Below the pieces are notes generated by a model, which was not told where the DNA came from, searched no databases, and saw only the letters and a list, made by a program, of their open reading frames with translations. Made by a program: the position numbers and the translations under genes. Below are positions 63,001 through 64,000 of a stretch of 64,000 nucleotides of DNA, piece by piece. The stretch is taken from assembly GCA_002633005.1 (NCBI GenBank), contig NMRA01000042.1:432838-496837 (forward strand). Reading direction: 5' to 3'. Origin of the DNA: Phoronis australis. Its lineage: Eukaryota > Animalia > Phoronida. Position 1 is the stretch's first letter. Each line of letters opens with the position of its first letter.

Positions 63001-63211
63001 GTAAAACATACTTTGAATCACTGTTGATGCTATGTTGAGAAACATTAATCTCTACACTGTCTCCCATTACCTCTGTCGCACTATCTCCTCTTGTTCTTTC
63101 CTATGTGCCTCCACCCAGGGCTCCAACAGAGGACAGACCGAGTCAAGCAGCTTGACGAACCCTGCCATCGCTTCCTGAGCAGAAATACTGCCCAGAGATT
63201 GCCACGCCTGC
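44789..63211 (-). CDS. ACBD3: Golgi resident protein GCP60 / acyl-CoA binding domain containing 3 (3' part; 5' exons beyond the window)
   Basis: Exons 63071-63211 (ACB C-terminal helix), 61916-62032 (charged coil), [one exon not found], 55137-55292 (Q domain), 51319-51388, 46682-46824, 45730-45895, 44789-45018 (GOLD domain ending [22 protein letters not shown]). Confidence 0.95.
45730..45895 (-). CDS. ACBD3: ACBD3 exon (GOLD N-terminal half)
   Basis: ttgcag|GTGAGAGTA...GATGAAG|gtaata; [31 protein letters not shown]. Confidence 0.95.
46682..46824 (-). CDS. ACBD3: ACBD3 exon
   Basis: ttgtag|ATGACTTG...GTAACA|gtaagt; [11 protein letters not shown]...[11 protein letters not shown]. Confidence 0.94.
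48495..48788. repeat. Composite minisatellite (36-bp and 16-bp subunits)
   Basis: TAATGTCACAAACAGAAGCATATTTACACTATACTG interspersed with TAATGTCACTGTACTG. Confidence 0.9.
49472..50238 (+). mobile_element. Solo LTR (767 bp)
   Basis: AAGTG|TGTCA...TGACA|AAGTG (5-bp TSD, inverted termini); TATAAATA at about 49808, AATAAA at about 50132. Confidence 0.9.
50997..51310. repeat. 72-bp tandem repeat, about 4.3 copies
   Basis: TGTCAATATCACTCGTGATGATACTGATATTATCAGGTATGGGGATTAGTCAGTATCCAGTAATATCA(A/C)AA(T/G); abuts the ACBD3 donor at 51318. Confidence 0.93.
51319..51388 (-). CDS. ACBD3: ACBD3 linker exon
   Basis: catttag|GGCCCAACA...GAGAACA|gtaagt; phase 0-1 bridges the neighbouring exons exactly. Confidence 0.8.
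51892..54200. mobile_element. Interspersed repeat with internal degenerate tandem array (resembles Helentron-associated elements)
   Basis: Starts AAACAAAAGCAATGCG; recurring about 100-bp units (GCCACTAGGGGGC...CAAATTTCA(T/C)...); local duplications 52600-52860/52866-53100; CCAACATACTTGGC motif at about 53810. Confidence 0.5.
55137..55292 (-). CDS. ACBD3: ACBD3 Q-domain exon
   Basis: ttcacag|CAAGAGGTG...GCTGAG|gtaagc; [24 protein letters not shown]. Confidence 0.92.
55597..55768. repeat. 49-bp minisatellite running into an assembly gap
   Basis: GTCACACCTCCACTCACCTGCTCTATACTGTCCTTACACACTACACCGT, at least 3.5 copies. Confidence 0.92.
55769..56159. other. Assembly gap (N run)
   Basis: Run of N. 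Confidence 0.99.
57860..59240. repeat. Degenerate about 100-bp tandem array of the same family as 51892-54200
   Basis: Recurring GCCACTAGGG.GC / CAAATTTCA / GATACAGAG motifs. Confidence 0.6.
59666..61712. mobile_element. hAT-like non-autonomous element with 6-bp TSD (outer, older copy)
   Basis: TGTGTT|CAGGGCTTGGAATGAC...ATTCCAAGGCTTG|TGTGTT; CCGCGG/GCGGAA subterminal repeats. Confidence 0.82.
59967..60467. mobile_element. Same-family MITE with 6-bp TSD nested in the outer element
   Basis: TTATAA|CAGGGCTTGGAAT...ATTCCAAGCCCTG|TTATAA; perfect 13-bp TIR. Confidence 0.88.
61916..62032 (-). CDS. ACBD3: ACBD3 charged coiled-coil exon
   Basis: ttggtag|GCGTGAGGCT...CATGA|gtgagt; [38 protein letters not shown]. 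Confidence 0.88.
63071..63211 (-). CDS. ACBD3: ACBD3 exon (ACB domain C-terminus)
   Basis: gtttcag|GCAGGCGTGG...CAGAG|gtaatg; [42 protein letters not shown]. Confidence 0.92.
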
Positions 63212-64000
63212 CTGAAACACATGGTGGTAACCTGTTAAGTAGAGGACCAAGTACAACGACCCCAACAAACAAACTCTTGTAGCCATATATGTGGAACTTT
63301 GTGGATATAAACTACTACTAAGGGCTGTTCCAGTAAAATCCATAAGGGGGGGGGGCGGCAGTAGAAATAAAAATTCATGGGTGGTGGCCTTCAGAAAAAA
63401 ACTCAAATTATGGGTGGTTGTTCCTGTAAGAAGTGATACATAACAAATGGGTAGTATTTTTTGACCTGTTAATGTTGACAGGTTGGTTACATGTAAACTC
63501 AAAAAAATGCAATTGGCATATATCCTAACTTATCCCATTACAAAAAAGCCCATATTGCCAGTGAACAGAGTGAAATATGTTCACTAAGCCATTAATCAAG
63601 TCATGGGCAACTGGATTTGAGCCAACTGTTTTTCTGCAGTTGAATTGAATTGAAAAGTTATGCAACACTAAACTGGTGTTAACACATATAAGAAAATTGA
63701 TGATTTTTAAATAAAAAGTATGAGGAGTAAGATAAACAAGTTCCCATATTCAATTGACATAGAAGTATAAAAGAGTTCGTGGAGACAGTTTGAGATTCAT
63801 AGATCCTTATAATTGAAAAAATGTTCATTGAAATTATAGACACATGGTGAACAGAGACACCTGGTGGCTGCCAAAAGTATTGCTCACAGGCTACTTTAGT
63901 TTTTGACAATATTGGACAAGACAACTAGTTCTTGTCTGTCAATCATCTAAGTTCTTAACGGGTCCCCCTGGAAGCAATTTGTTTGCAAGTGTTGGATTTT

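Overview
Animal genomic DNA (about 37-40% GC by eye, intron-rich, three assembly gaps). The repeat content looks like a marine invertebrate; the taxon cannot be fixed from the sequence. Two conserved genes flank the window: ARL2 coding exons 2-5 (+, 36..5748), whose first intron ends with a U12-type branch point, and the 3' part of ACBD3/GCP60 (-, 63211..44789), with one expected exon not found. Between them I reconstructed by hand two tandem, apparently paralogous minus-strand genes for extremely Asp-rich proteins, built almost entirely from phase-1 exons and microexons that the ORF track mostly misses. Gene B (39278..30431, about 174 aa) has a clear signal peptide, a candidate GC donor and a poly-Asp tail. 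Gene A (at least 22370..9852, over 430 aa) has a long D/E/N domain and a basic K/Y/H tail, and its first exon is unresolved. They are candidate biomineralisation or Ca-binding matrix proteins and the most interesting content here. The rest is a dense mix of mobile elements: a deleted Kolobok (THAP plus KolX-like remnant), hAT-like elements with 5- and 6-bp TSDs (one self-nested), many small MITEs, a solo LTR, a deleted tRNA-His-primed LTR element, foldback palindromes and minisatellites.
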